DNA from: Trichoplax sp. H2
Lineage: Eukaryota
Assembly: GCA_003344405.1 (NCBI GenBank)
Contig: NOWV01000187.1
Span: 1-64,000 of the forward strand
Direction: 5' to 3'
Length of the DNA: 64,000 nt
Part shown: positions 1 to 12,700 of the stretch, piece by piece
How the letters are laid out: the number at the start of each line of letters is the position of its first letter
Numbering within the stretch: the first letter of the stretch is position 1
Position numbers and translations under genes: made by a program
The notes under the pieces: generated by a model
The model's database searches: none
The model's input: the letters and a program-made list of their open reading frames with translations, nothing else
Told to the model about the DNA's origin: nothing

Positions 1-818
1 ATAGCTATGACTTACTACTTTATGGTTGTATGTAAATGAACTTTAGATTATAAAGACATATAAGTAATGTAAAAATAACTGACCTTGATGTTGTTTTAGT
101 TTTAGATTGTATTATTTTAGGCTATTATAAATTTTGATGCCAAGATAAACGGTAATAAATTCTGCGAGACGGCTATTTATTTTCTAGTTAAAGGAATTAT
201 AAAATGTAAGGTCACCTTTTGATTTTATTAGCAAATGGATCTCTCTAAGATTCCAGATTTAAGATGTATTATAGCCAACTAATTTCTTCAATACTCCTAC
301 GTTATTCTTTTACCAATCAAGATTTGACGAATATTTCAAAGCTTAAGCTAATAAAGGCTAAGGCGATTAAAATTACATTATCAATTGGTAACGCTGTTTT
401 GATTATAGTCTTATTTAATTAAAGAAATACACTATATCGACTCCATAGATCTAGCTTCAAATGGCTTATATTTTGTATCTCTTTAACATTTGCTTAAAGG
501 TACATTCAAAAAAGACACTATGCAAACTTAGCTTTAAAATATCGTATCTAATAATTAATATAAAGCACGATGACTATAAAATAGAATACAGATACGCTTA
601 ATGTTTTTAGATACCAGAATCGCTTCTCTTTAATAATTTTGAAAATTATTGACTCAAGTCTACAGATACTACTCTGTGTTTCGTCTTGAGTATTATAGAC
701 GCAAGTAAAGTGAAACACGGATAATTTTAATATCATCATGAAAATACATGTAATCTATCATCTAATCATAAATTGAAATAACGAGTTTATTTGAATTTTA
801 TAAGTTGTCCAGCTCACA

Positions 819-1837
819 TCTATACTATATATTAAAATTTGACTGTCCGCTTTTTGCACGTCTGTTGGTAACGCTCTATGAAGCATCTGATTGGTTCAAA
901 TAATAAAATCAAATAAAAAATTGATTATTGGCTTCGGGGCAATCATACGAGTGCGCCTTTGCAACAGTGCCAAAATGCGTTACGTTACAACTGTACTGTA
1001 CAACAGAACTAACTAATTGAATTTCGGTAATAGATTCAACATTCACATCACCAACAGCCAAACATTCCAAAATCGCATGAAAAAGGATGACAACGGAAAT
1101 CTTTTCTGTTCAAAACATTATCCTAAAAACTTTGTAACGAAAACGTATGCTTCAGCGGACTCATACCCACATTATAAACGCAGAAACAACGGAACAACTT
1201 TCAAGAAAACTAACAATGAATTCGAATATGACAACCGATGGGTAGTACCTTATAATCCTTACCTATCCAAAAAATACAACGCTCATATAAACTGCGAAGT
1301 AGTCTCCACGGTCAAAGCAGTAAAATACCTGTATAAATATGTGTACAAGGGTGGGGATAGAATTTTGGCTCAACTTCAATGTGACGTAAATTCGCAAGGT
1401 CAACAACGTATCACAAGGAATGAGATTGATAATTATATCAATGCGAGGTATGTTAGTGCTTCTGAAGCGTATTGGCGAATATTCAGCTTCCCTACGCATT
1501 ATGAAACGCCGACGGTGTGTACATTAGCAGTGCATTTGGATCGCCAACAGCAAATATATTTAAATCGTGCGCTACGAAAGCGGTGATACTAAATTCATAG
1601 CCGGTTGTACAATAGTAGCAATATTGTCTACGACAATACCGTCATTATGCGTTAAATAAATTTGCTATACGAAACCAGTAACATTTTGGTGACACTCCAA
1701 TTTACGATCGAAGCGATATTACATACGGAAATGTCATGCAAGTTAGCGCTTAACTTAATTAATTTAATTTAAATAAACTAAGAATATGGTATCACCTAAA
1801 TCGTCGGGTTCCCGATCGAAGAACGGGTACAATCTAG
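819..1837 (+). mobile_element. Internally deleted (non-autonomous) Helitron, about 1019 bp
   Basis: The 5' end TCTATACTATATATTAAAA starts at 819 after a host A. The 3' end has hairpin CCCGATC-GAA-GAACGGG (1811-1827), then CTAG (1834-1837), then a host T. This is an A|T insertion with no TSD, and the element contains a RepHel fragment. Confidence 0.9.
1017..1586 (+). pseudogene. Helitron Rep/helicase fragment (C-terminal part of the HUH Rep domain)
   Basis: Translation CSKHYPKNF...YPHYKRR...DNRWVVPYNPYLSKKYNAHINCE...VKYLYKYVYKG...EIDNYINARYVSASEAYWRIF...LAVHL matches the standard Helitron Rep signature. The HUH motif and Pif1 helicase are absent. Confidence 0.88.
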
Positions 1838-3163
1838 TATTAAAATAATTACATAACTTAACTTGCCAGAATTGCTATGTAAGATAATTTTTGAACTATT
1901 ATAGAGGCCAGTGTGTTTGTTGTCATCAAGACTATAAACCAGCTCATGCACTCTATTATCTATAAGTAAATATATTTATTATTTTGCGTACGCTAGAAAT
2001 AACCGTAGCCATTGCTTTATACTTTATTTAATTTTATGCCTATCCTTGTCTAAAATAACTATTCCTAGTGACAATAATGTATATTAGGAAAGATAGAATA
2101 AAGCGAACGAATTTCAGTTACGTAAAAGCTGTTCGATTTAGCTAATACTTTAATCAATCATATGCTGTTACAAGTTTTAAGATGTTAAAGATACTGTCAT
2201 AAAACGACCACGTAATGTATCGCTTTGTATGAGAATGTCAAGAGCTGTAGTATTACATACTACTTATGCAAAGTTGAAATAATTACAAGACTAGTAAGGA
2301 CACTTGTGGTTAGGAAATAGATTATAGAATCCACCTTCAATCTATCATGTTAATTAAAAGACTTGTTGAAGGCGAATTTCTGCTTAAATTAGGAGTGTCT
2401 GGTCTTTCTCGGGAATGGTCAATTCGCCGAGATCGACTGTGACAGATATAATTATTATACTCTGTGATAAACCTACTGAAGTTTAATTTTCTCATGAAAC
2501 AATTTTATACTACGAAAATGGCATGAATATAGTACAAGACTACGATTACTATTGAAAACTAGACTATAATAAATATGCAAACTTGAGGATTGTAGATAGG
2601 GATACAAGAATACAAGTCTTTCTATAGTAAACAAGAGCATCGATGGGCATGAAATAATGATACTTGTATCTATAAGGACTATTTCTTTTTACCTTTTTCC
2701 CTGTATTCTATCTGTTATTAGCAACATGAAGAGCAGTAATTTTTATGAAGAAGAAAAAATTCGAGAAATAGATCATCATTGCTCGATATCTAAATCGATA
2801 CCGCGGATTAAACACTCGCAAGGACACACGAATAGGGAAGAAGGTATACATAAATTAAATTAACTGAACAGAGAAGATCATCTCTCGGTAATTTCTTTAA
2901 GTGTAACAAAATTATACGATATACAATACTCAAATTAAGTACAATGTGCTTTGTCTTTATATACTGTAAGTGATCATACCAGGTTGAATTATCATTCCTT
3001 AGTTACAATCGTTCAAATATTACAAAATCAAATGATAAATTAACAACGTCGAGTATAGCAATGTAGAGATAATAGAATACCCTATCGTTAAAGAAAACTA
3101 CTGAAGTATGTATTACAAAATACAATTGCTGTAATGACTGTAAAACTACGATTATTTACTCAG

Positions 3164-3649
3164 TGTGATGGAGGGTTCGACATCTCAGAGGATTGAGATT
3201 TAGTCGCCATTTACGATTATTACAACAAAGGGCTTATAAAAGTTATGCTTAATTGTAGGTTAGTAATGTGAAGTACAGTGAGGTAGTTACGGTAGATCAG
3301 CGTGCAGGCTGTCGTGAGTAACGAGTAGTAGTATTAGACTGTGAGAGACTAACTAGAAGACTAACTGAGAGGCTAATGAACTCTGAGGTAGAAATCGCCG
3401 GTATTTATAGTTTTAAAGATAGAGCACATGCAGAGAATAGGATTATGGAATTAGATACAACATATACCATAACAGGTTACAAAATAGCAGATGATTGTAG
3501 AAAACAGCGAGTACCGTAATAACTAAATACAGTTGTCTATATATGAATGTAGAGTAAGTGGACTGTAGATCTGTCTAAATGTAAGAGCAATACAACATGT
3601 CTATATTTAAGGGTAGAATATAGTTACAGTATATTCTAAATACACTACA
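3164..3649 (-). mobile_element. Solo LTR (486 bp), family 1
   Basis: TGT...ACA termini with a 5-bp direct repeat CTCAG (3159-3163 and 3650-3654). The element is absent from the paralogous upstream region near 13436-13445. A TATAAATA motif lies on the minus strand near 3402-3409, so the orientation is inferred. Confidence 0.75.
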
Positions 3650-4187
3650 CTCAGATCTTGTTCATGGAGGTGAAATAACTAAGCAGACAATACTTTAAAA
3701 GGTTCATGAAAGTATCCCAAAGTGATTAATTGTAATATTGATTGAATTTAAGAATAAATTCCAACAGGCACCGAAGGATATGATTCAATGATCGATTTTT
3801 TGACATACAGCTAAATTATATAGGGAAAAAGCTCCATCTCTTTATGTCAAGTGATAGTTTAGACCTGAAGATAATTAATCGGAGAGTTCAATTTGAAAGA
3901 AAATTAGCACCCTCAGTTTAGCGCTATTAATACAACAAATGGGAATTATTCCATTTATTCTAAGATTGCCTAAGTCGCTAATTAAACATACTTAGCCGTA
4001 CACGAATGATTATTATCTTCAGTATCACATTAGTTCTACCCTTTCAACTTGAGGCTCTGGTCGATTCTTTTCTGGATTTCTGATTATAAATAATTAACAA
4101 GGATTCTAAGTATAAACTAATATCAGAAAATTTCAACAAAATACACATTTTTTGGTTCCTTCCCATTCAAATAATACTCGAGCAACT

Positions 4188-5141
4188 ATGGTCGATCTAT
4201 TTTCTCACAATATTTCTAATAGTAATGCAATAAATAACATTTATAATATCATATACGACTACGCAAGTTTAATCAGTGGTGTCTTATCGATCATAGGCTG
4301 TTCTCTTAATTTATTTCTATTATATATACTAATACGTGATAAACAATTTCATACTGTCTCGTATAAACTAATTCGAATCTCTGTTATCTCCGATATTTTA
4401 TCAAGTTTCACGATCGGTACTGGTTGCTTCTTAATCTCTTACGAATTTACTTATGATGAAGGCGTAATTCTTTGTAGAGTAGTTTTATTTTTTACATTTA
4501 CCTCCAACGGTGTCTCTATGTTAAATTTATGCTTAATTGCTATCGATCGTTATTTTGCTATCGTTAAGCCTTTCTACCGACGCTATCATAGACGACGTAA
4601 ACAAATTTTCTACTTAAGTCAAGTTTTCGTTTGGACAATATCAGTCAGTTACACTGCAGCTTTAGTCCCTGCAATTAAAGTATCTCACGAAGATCCGACG
4701 TTATGCGATGTATCTGATATCGCCGCCGACGATACTATTCCTATTCGATTAATTATCATTGCTACTGTGCAATATATTATACCTTGTACTGGTATTGCAA
4801 TAATTTACTTCAAAATTATATCACATCAAAGAAATTATGTAAGACCTGGCCAAAGTACATTTCAAAAAAATGAAAACTTACAAAAAAAAAAATTCATTAA
4901 AATATTAATTTCTATTACTTTATGCTATATCCTCATAACATGGCCGTTTAATGCTACGCTATTGAGCCTATCGTTTACACGAAAGACAGCTATACAAATA
5001 CGTAAGGAAAGTTATCCTCTTTTCTTATTAGTGTTCTATTCGCTATCACTTAGTGTAAGCGTAGCTATTATTAATCCAATAGTTTACCTTAAATTTGATC
5101 GAAATATTAGACAGAAAGTACTGAATATTTTTAGACACTGA
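4188..5141 (+). CDS. Intronless rhodopsin-like (class A) GPCR, copy 1, 317 aa
   Basis: Seven hydrophobic segments, IAIDRY in TM3, TWPF in TM6, NPIVY in TM7, Cys at the top of TM3 and in ECL2. The first ATG is at 4188; the ORF track start at 4152 is TTG. Confidence 0.93.
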   Translation: MVDLFSHNISNSNAINNIYNIIYDYASLISGVLSIIGCSLNLFLLYILIRDKQFHTVSYKLIRISVISDILSSFTIGTGCFLISYEFTYDEGVILCRVVLFFTFTSNGVSMLNLCLIAIDRYFAIVKPFYRRYHRRRKQIFYLSQVFVWTISVSYTAALVPAIKVSHEDPTLCDVSDIAADDTIPIRLIIIATVQYIIPCTGIAIIYFKIISHQRNYVRPGQSTFQKNENLQKKKFIKILISITLCYILITWPFNATLLSLSFTRKTAIQIRKESYPLFLLVFYSLSLSVSVAIINPIVYLKFDRNIRQKVLNIFRH

Positions 5142-6756
5142 TATTTATTTAGCACGTACGCGTATATATGTTATATAATTTCAAACTCTTTTCTTATAAT
5201 TTACGCAAACCTAATCTATTGCTATCATATCAATATGGCAATATTTTAGTTTTTATCGATGAATGTAATTTTTCGAGTTTAACTATGTATAAAGCTATAC
5301 TGGGTAATCTGAACTAGAAATATCCTATAGTTAATGTTTGACCTCTCTTTCTATACAGTACTGTAACGGAATTAATTCCCTATCTAATTATATCATAATC
5401 ATACCTACACCGCGACATTTGTAATAAAAGCGATTACATTTTATTTCATATAAATGACTCTTTTCTGTTACTACCTTACTAGTCTTCTTCTTCCAGAATA
5501 AAAATAGCTACATTTTCTAGAATTTATTTACCAGCCGACGTTAGTACACAGAAGATTGCGTATTAGTTATTACTTGGCTTGCGTATTTACAATTAACATT
5601 CCCTTATCAGCACTACAAAGTTCTACCAACGTACTCGTATAAGCTATCTAATGTAAACTACTGTACTCCGAAGTGACATTAGAATCAAATCAGTTACGAA
5701 TACATCTGATATTAATAATCTACAGATGTTAGAAAAGCAAATCGTTATCTATACTATATCGATCGATATTATTCGGGAAACTGCACAAGATCGTCAATTA
5801 GTCCGAGATATTTTTTAAACATTATGTCTGAAATTTATCCCGAAAGACGTTAGTATTCATCCGTTGTGTATTGGAATAAAATGTGTAGATATCAAGCTAC
5901 AAAACTTCTGATAAAATTTGATTCTACTTTCTTTACACTCTGGTCGACTTAACGCAACTTTAACACCAAATAAAAATTGGGGAAATAACCAATCAGAAAT
6001 TTATTAAGAAAACGTGAGAGAATCTGATCAAACAACCTTCTAAATACTTACTTCTAAGTCTTATACGGGTGACTGAAGAAAAACGACAAAACTGAAAAAT
6101 GTCAACAACCTAACATAAAGAAGAACGTTTTCACTTACAACAGTTCGACCTCGAAGAAATTAAAATTCAGTAAGTTCTTCGAAAGAATCTTCTTTTAGTC
6201 TCTACTCTAAATTTTCTGATTGCACTATCATTTACAGGCTTCGTAGAGCCCTTAGTGGTATTTAAAACTAAACATTTATTAACTAATCGCTCTTAAGATT
6301 TATTTTAGAAAACTACCTTGCACCACTTAAGAAAACAAAAATCATTCAAAGTTCAGACACAATTTACCTTATGATTTCCATGCAAATCATTATAAAACCA
6401 ACAAACTAACTATGAAATATCGCAAAATACATCAAGCTTCTCCTCTAACATAATTCCTAATATTAATACATTATATAAGTCTAAAAGTTAACCTTTAAAC
6501 ATCAAGATTTAGTCATAAAAATAGCAGTCTAACTGTTTAACTATAAACATTATCCCTTCCATTTGCTATCTTATTTTCTATTTTCTCAACTAAACTTTCC
6601 TAATGTAACTATCATGTCACGTCATAAAATTCCAAAGTTTCAAATTCTCAACAAAAAGTTCAAATTTCAAAAATCAACTCTTATAACATTTTCCAAAAAT
6701 TAAAATCTAAAAATTATATCGGATATAGATCCGACCNNNNNNNNNNNNNNNNNNNN

Positions 6757-6837
6757 GTAGCTATTATTAATCCAATAGTTTACCTTAAATTTGATCGAAA
6801 TATTAGACAGAAAGTACTGAATATTTTTAGACACTGA
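6757..6837 (+). other. 3' end of a GPCR identical to copy 1, truncated by an N gap
   Basis: Encodes VAIINPIVYLKFDRNIRQKVLNIFRH* and is identical to 5061-5141. It begins right after the 20-N gap at 6737-6756. Confidence 0.8.
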
Positions 6838-7673
6838 TATTTATTTAGCACGTACGCGTATATATAATATATAATTTCAAACTCTTTTCTTATAATTTAC
6901 GCAAACCTAATCTATTGCTATCATATCAATATGGCTATATTGTACTTTTATCGATAAATATAATTTTTCGAGTTTTATTATGCATAAAACTATAGTGGTA
7001 ATCTGAACTAGAAATTTCCTCCAGTTAATGTTCTACCTCTCTTTCTATACTGTAACGGAAGTAATTCCCTATCTAATTATATCATAATTATACGCACACC
7101 GCGACATTTGTAATAAAAGCGATTACATTTTATTTTATGTAAATGACTCTTTTCTGTTACTACCTTACTAATCTTCTTCTTCTAGATTAGCAAGAAAGCA
7201 GTTTTTCTACCTATTAAGGCACGATAAAATAGCTACATTTTCTAGAATTTATTTACCAGCCGACGTTAGTACAACAGAAGATCGCATATTAGTTATTACT
7301 TGGCTTGCGTATTTATAATTGATACTCTTTTATCAGTACTACAAAGTTCTACCAACGTACTCGTATAAGTTATCTAATGTAAACTACTGTACTCCGAAGT
7401 GACATTAGAATCAAATCAGTTACGAATACATCTGATATTAATAATCTACAGATGTAGAGAAGCAAATCATTATTTATACTACATCGATTGATCTTATTCG
7501 AGAAACTGCACAAGATCGTCAATTAGTTCGAGATATTTTTTAAACGTTATATCTAAAATTAGTCCCGAAAGACGTTAGTATTCATCCGTTATGTAATGGA
7601 ATGAAATGTGTAGAGATCTAGCTACAAAACTTCTGATAAAATTTGATTTTACTTTCATTGCACTCTGGTCGAC

Positions 7674-8116
7674 TGTAGTGATGCGCCTATGTTTGATTAT
7701 ACAGATAGCTATATTTGATATAGTTAGGTTGCTTTGAATAGATATGAGCGTGAAGCTAATATTAGATGATTGCTGACTACTATATTAGAAATTGTTGGTG
7801 ACTAATAGTAGTCAGTTGACTAATTATGGTACAAGATTTATGTAGCTAGAAACACTGTAGTTGTTAAGATGCCCTTCAGAGAATGATTTAGATTGTAGAA
7901 AATAATGATGTACTACTAAATGTTCTTGAGAACTGCAGAGATGAGTTGACAGAGGAGAAGAGACTTCACTTCGCTTTGAGCTTGAAATACTTTAGATTTT
8001 AGACTAGATTCTTGTAGTAATTAATTATTACTCTACTATTCCTAAAACCTTGTCATAAAAGCTTTTTAGAAAATACCATTTGACTAAGATAGTTATTGTG
8101 AAACGCATTTATTACA
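7674..8116. mobile_element. Solo LTR (443 bp), family 2
   Basis: TGTAGTGA...TTATTACA termini, 5-bp TSD TCGAC (7669-7673 and 8117-8121). The empty site, with a single TCGAC, is at 5944-5948. Confidence 0.8.
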
Positions 8117-8383
8117 TCGACTTAACGCAACTTTGACACCAAATAAAAATTGGGGAAACAATTAATCAACAATGTATTAAGAAAACGTGAGAGAGTCTGA
8201 TCAAACAACCTTCCAAATACNNNNNNNNNNNNNNNNNNNNAGATATTTTTTAAACGTTATATCTAAAATTAGTCTCGAAAGACGTTAGTATTCATCCGTT
8301 ATGTAATGGAATGAAATGTGTAGAGATCAAGCTACAAAACTTCTGATAAAATTTGATTTTACTTTCATTGCACTCTGGTCGAC

Positions 8384-8881
8384 TGTAGTGACGCACCCAT
8401 GTTTGATTATACAAATAGCTATATTTGATATAGTTAGGTTGCTTAGAATAGAGATGATTGCTGACTACTATATTAGAAATTGTTGGTGACTAATAGTAGT
8501 CAGTTGACTAATTATGGTACAAGATTTATGTAGCTAGAAACACTGTAGTTGTTAAGATGCCCTTCAGAGAAAGGGCCTAGACGTCAATAGAATAGTAATG
8601 ATATACTATTAGAGAAAAGTAATTTGCTTGATGACTTATGTCTGATTGTTGATTAATCAAGTTGACATAAATGGATTTAACGAAATGTTCTTAAGAACTG
8701 CAGAGATGAGTTGACAGAGGAGAAGAGACTTCACTTCGCGTTGAGCTCGAAATACTTTAGATTTTAGACTAGATTCTTGTAGTAATTAATTATTGCTCTA
8801 CTATTCCTTAAGCCTTGTCGTAAAAGCCTTTTAGAAAATACCATTTGACTAAGATAGTTATTGTGAAACGCATTTATTGCA
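8384..8881. mobile_element. Solo LTR (498 bp), family 2 variant at the same insertion site
   Basis: TGTAGTGA...TTATTGCA termini with TSD TCGAC (8379-8383 and 8882-8886). It has internal indels relative to 7674-8116. Confidence 0.8.
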
Positions 8882-10899
8882 TCGACTTAACGCAACTTTG
8901 ACACCAAATAAAAATTGGGGAAACAATTAATCAACAATGTATTAAGAAAACGTGAGAGAGTCTGATCAAACAACCTTCCAAATACTTACTTCTAAGTATT
9001 ATACGAGTGACTGAAGAAAAACGACAAAACTGAAAAATGTCAACAACCTAACATAAAGAAGAACGTTTTCACTTACAACAGCTCGACCGCGAAGAAATTA
9101 AAATTCAATAAGTTCTTCGAAAGAATCTTCTTTTAGTCTCTACTCTAAATTTTCTGATTGCACTATCATTTACAGGCTTTGCAGAGCCCTCAGTGGTATT
9201 TAAAACTAAACATTTATTAACTAATCGCTCTTAAGATTTATTTTAGAAAACTACTTTGCACCACTTAAGAAAACAAAAATCATTCAAAGTTCAGACACAA
9301 TTTACCTTATGATTCCCATGCAAAACACTATAAAACCAACAAACTAACTATGAAATATCGCAAAATACATCAAGCTTCTCCTCTAACATAATTCCTAATC
9401 ATTAATACATTATATAAGTCTAAAAGTTAACCTTTAAACATCAAGATTTAGTCATAAAAATAGCAGTCTAACTACTTAACAATAAACACAATCTCTTCCA
9501 TTTGCCGTCTTATTTTCTCAACTAAACTTTCCTAATGTAACTATCATGTCACGTCATAAAATTCCAAAGTTTCAAATTCTCAACAAAAAGTTCAAATTTC
9601 AAAAATCAACTCTTATAACATTTTCCAAAAATTAAAATCTAAAAATTATATCGGATATAGATCCGACCGATTCCGGAATCTGAATCCGAAAATCCAAATT
9701 TTATAAAGATCACAGTAATCGCTTATCAAAAAATTTCATATGACAACTATGACTACTTTTCTGACATTAATATTGACAGTTGATGTTTAGCATGAAGTTG
9801 TACGGTAACTGTACAATTATAACCTACATTATAGTACTTTACTGTCATGTTATAAATCCCCCTTCTCTATGGATAAGGTTTTGCTACTAAGTCAAATTCA
9901 TTTATAATCCCAGTAGACTATTAAACGCCCTTTCTTGAGATTAGGCGATCGCTCCTAGGCTATTTCTATAGTACTTTCTATAATACTTTGTAAAATAGTA
10001 AAAAGAAAATATGGCGACATCATAATTTGGCAGGATAAAACTTAAAGATACTACCACTTTCTAAGTATTTTCTATAGTAAAGTAAAATAGTGACATACTA
10101 AAAGCTACAAAGGACTCTGCTTTTTGTCCTTTAGTACAGTTGTATATAAAAGAGCTACATGAGCAAATTGATACCGTTAAAATAACATGTCTTCAAGTAT
10201 TTGTTGATGACTTCTACGAATTAACGTCTTAAAAATTGAATGACGATGATAAAATAATATGAAGAAATTTATAGAACTTTAATTCCGTACATTAACAACA
10301 ACAGATAAGTTTATATCTAGAGAGACTCTTAATAAAGGAAAAGTTATCAAGATGATCGAACTAAGAAATGACAAGAAAATAATTTTATTATAACATTAGT
10401 TAAAGTAAATAGTGATTATTGTATTGAATCTCGTAAATCGGTAAGTTATTATGACGTAGTTAATAGTTACTATATAATTCTCTGCCAAGAATTGATCACT
10501 ACAAATAGACAAATTGACGCAATACTTTATTGTAGCGTTGTAATAGTTACAGTCTTTATTTCTTCGTTAATGTAAAGAAATTATTGTTATCAAAAGGAAT
10601 GTATTATTAATTAACGGTACTGTAGTCGTATCTATCTTTTGATTAAAAACGTAATTAATAGATTTCATAAAATAAGATTATTTAAATAAACTATCGTAAA
10701 AACTTAGTTATCTGTATGCTTTACAAACTGTTTTACTAGATTAATTTACAATTACAACTAAATGTTGTATATATTCGCGTACGATTGGCCTAAAATGGGA
10801 TATTTTATATCTTACAGCATTGCAAAATAAAAATCAAAAAGCTTATTTTATACATATAAATATCATTTGATTCGTCTTATCAATGTATATCCGTAAGTT

Positions 10900-12700
10900 T
10901 CAATATTTAATCAATGTCGGAATATACGTGTATATTAGAAATGGGCGATACGTGGGATCAACATCAAGATCTTAACGTACTATAGTAGAGAAAAGTAGTC
11001 GTTAGCTGAGAAAATAACATAGTAATACTTCTATTATGATAATCTATTACAAAATTCTAGTTCTCGTATGTGTTTGTATGGCCATACTTTACGTAAAGGT
11101 ATTGTTCGTTAGTATATCTTATTTTCGATCGTAGTACAGTATAGTATAAATCAATATTAAACTTTCTTTTATGTATCTAGAGACGATATATTGGAAGTCA
11201 GAAGCTAATACTTTTATTATACGGAGAGTAACCGGATTTACCAACTGATATTTACAGAATATTAACTATCAATTCACATTATATAGTATCATTTTCTATA
11301 TTGTCTGCTCTGCTAACAATTAAAATAATTCTGCTAGATAAAAATATAATGACTTTCTAAGAAGGTATCTCTTAATATTATCTATGTCACCTATGCTAGC
11401 AATCTACATTATATAGCATCGTTTTCTGTATTTACTAACATATGAATAACTAAAGTTATAAGTAGTCGTATTAGAAACTTAAATAATCTAGAAGAAATTT
11501 TACTTAATAGAATATAATAATTTTCTAAGATGAAATCTCTTAAATCTACAGTTGTAAGAGACCATGATTAATATTTCAGTTAATATTTTACTTATACTTT
11601 CTAGTATATATTACATATTTTCTTACCTACCAAATAAGAATTGTAATATATATAATTATTAAACATTCAGAAAATATAGAACTTTGATTAAAACAGAATA
11701 ATAGAGATAGTCTACAGTACTGTAGTTGAGCGTAACATGTATTTCGATAATTTTACAGTCTTAGGTGTTAGAATAAACCTTTGAAAATATCTACCATAAG
11801 ATAATTGCTTATTTATCGGTTAATTATTAATTAGATTTTAATTAAAAACGTATGATTAGTAAAAACAGCTAATCGTATTACTTTGTATCGATAAGAGTAT
11901 ACATCATGTATTACTAATACTACTATATTTGATATTCTCTGTAATATCTTTTCAATGATATATCATATTACAATGGCTACAAGAGTTGAGCTTATTAAAG
12001 ATCTGACAAGATATCTTCATTAAATTACAGTCTCTTAACTGGCTATTGTAATATACCGTAATAACTTTTTATGGCGTAGCCTCTGCCTGAGCATCTTTAA
12101 ACTCACGATAATAAAACTCAAACATCCCTAAAATAGACTCTAAAAATCATGAATAGCTATCCCAGTTTTGTATTCTTATTTCATTGATTTATTTCTCTAA
12201 AAGAGAGTGAAACTCAAAACTTTCCTGTAAAATATTTTTTCTTTCATCTTGACTTAGTAATAGATCTGAATTATAATTTTGCGTATTACGGCTATTCAGA
12301 ATTGTCATTGTATTTACTGCTTAGATCTGACTTGTATTTAAACAATCAATCTACGTAGTCTACAATGGGTAACTGAAATATCAGACACATCAGAGAAATT
12401 TAAATTTAAGATCGATATTTCTCTGTCGATCTTTAAAATATTAAAGTTTAATTAAGATAGAATAGCAGAGTCGATTTAGTAGAGTACAATATTTTATATC
12501 ATAGTTTTAGTGACAGTTGTTAAGATAATCTTTCATAGATAGTCACCGTAGAATAGCTATGACTTACTACTTTATGGTTGTATGTAAATGAACTTTAGAT
12601 TATAAAGACACATAAGTAATGTAAAAATAACTGACCTTGATGTTGTTTTAGTTTTAGATTGTATTATTTTAGGCTATTATAAATTTTGATACCGAGATAA
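10900..12700 (+). pseudogene. Decayed leucine-rich-repeat gene; it continues in the paralogous segment 1-800
   Basis: Broken LRR-like peptides: DLPTDIY (about 11236), IRNLNNLEEILLN (about 11470), IDLNYNF (about 12260), NLRSLQW followed by GT (about 12348), and IDLASNGL (about 445). Many stops and frameshifts. Confidence 0.45.

Larger units (their letters stand above)
5061..9668. repeat. Near-identical overlapping duplicates flanking two N gaps (6737-6756 and 8221-8240)
   Basis: 5061-6047 matches 6757-8220 (plus a LTR insertion); 7531-8220 matches 8241-8985; 5944-6736 matches 8882-9668. These are recent tandem copies and/or uncollapsed haplotypes. Confidence 0.85.

Noticed and set aside
2657-2863. 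Short ORFs upstream of the GPCRs (also 12783-13004 and 13085-13285)
   Set aside because: Reading frames are not conserved between the two paralogous regions, and no motifs are recognisable.
4152-4187. TTG-initiated N-terminal extensions of the GPCRs (also 13933-13968)
   Set aside because: Artefact of alternative starts in the ORF track; in-frame ATGs with good context follow.
6757-6837. A third complete GPCR gene
   Set aside because: Only 81 bp are visible after an N gap, and they are identical to copy 1. It may be an uncollapsed haplotype.
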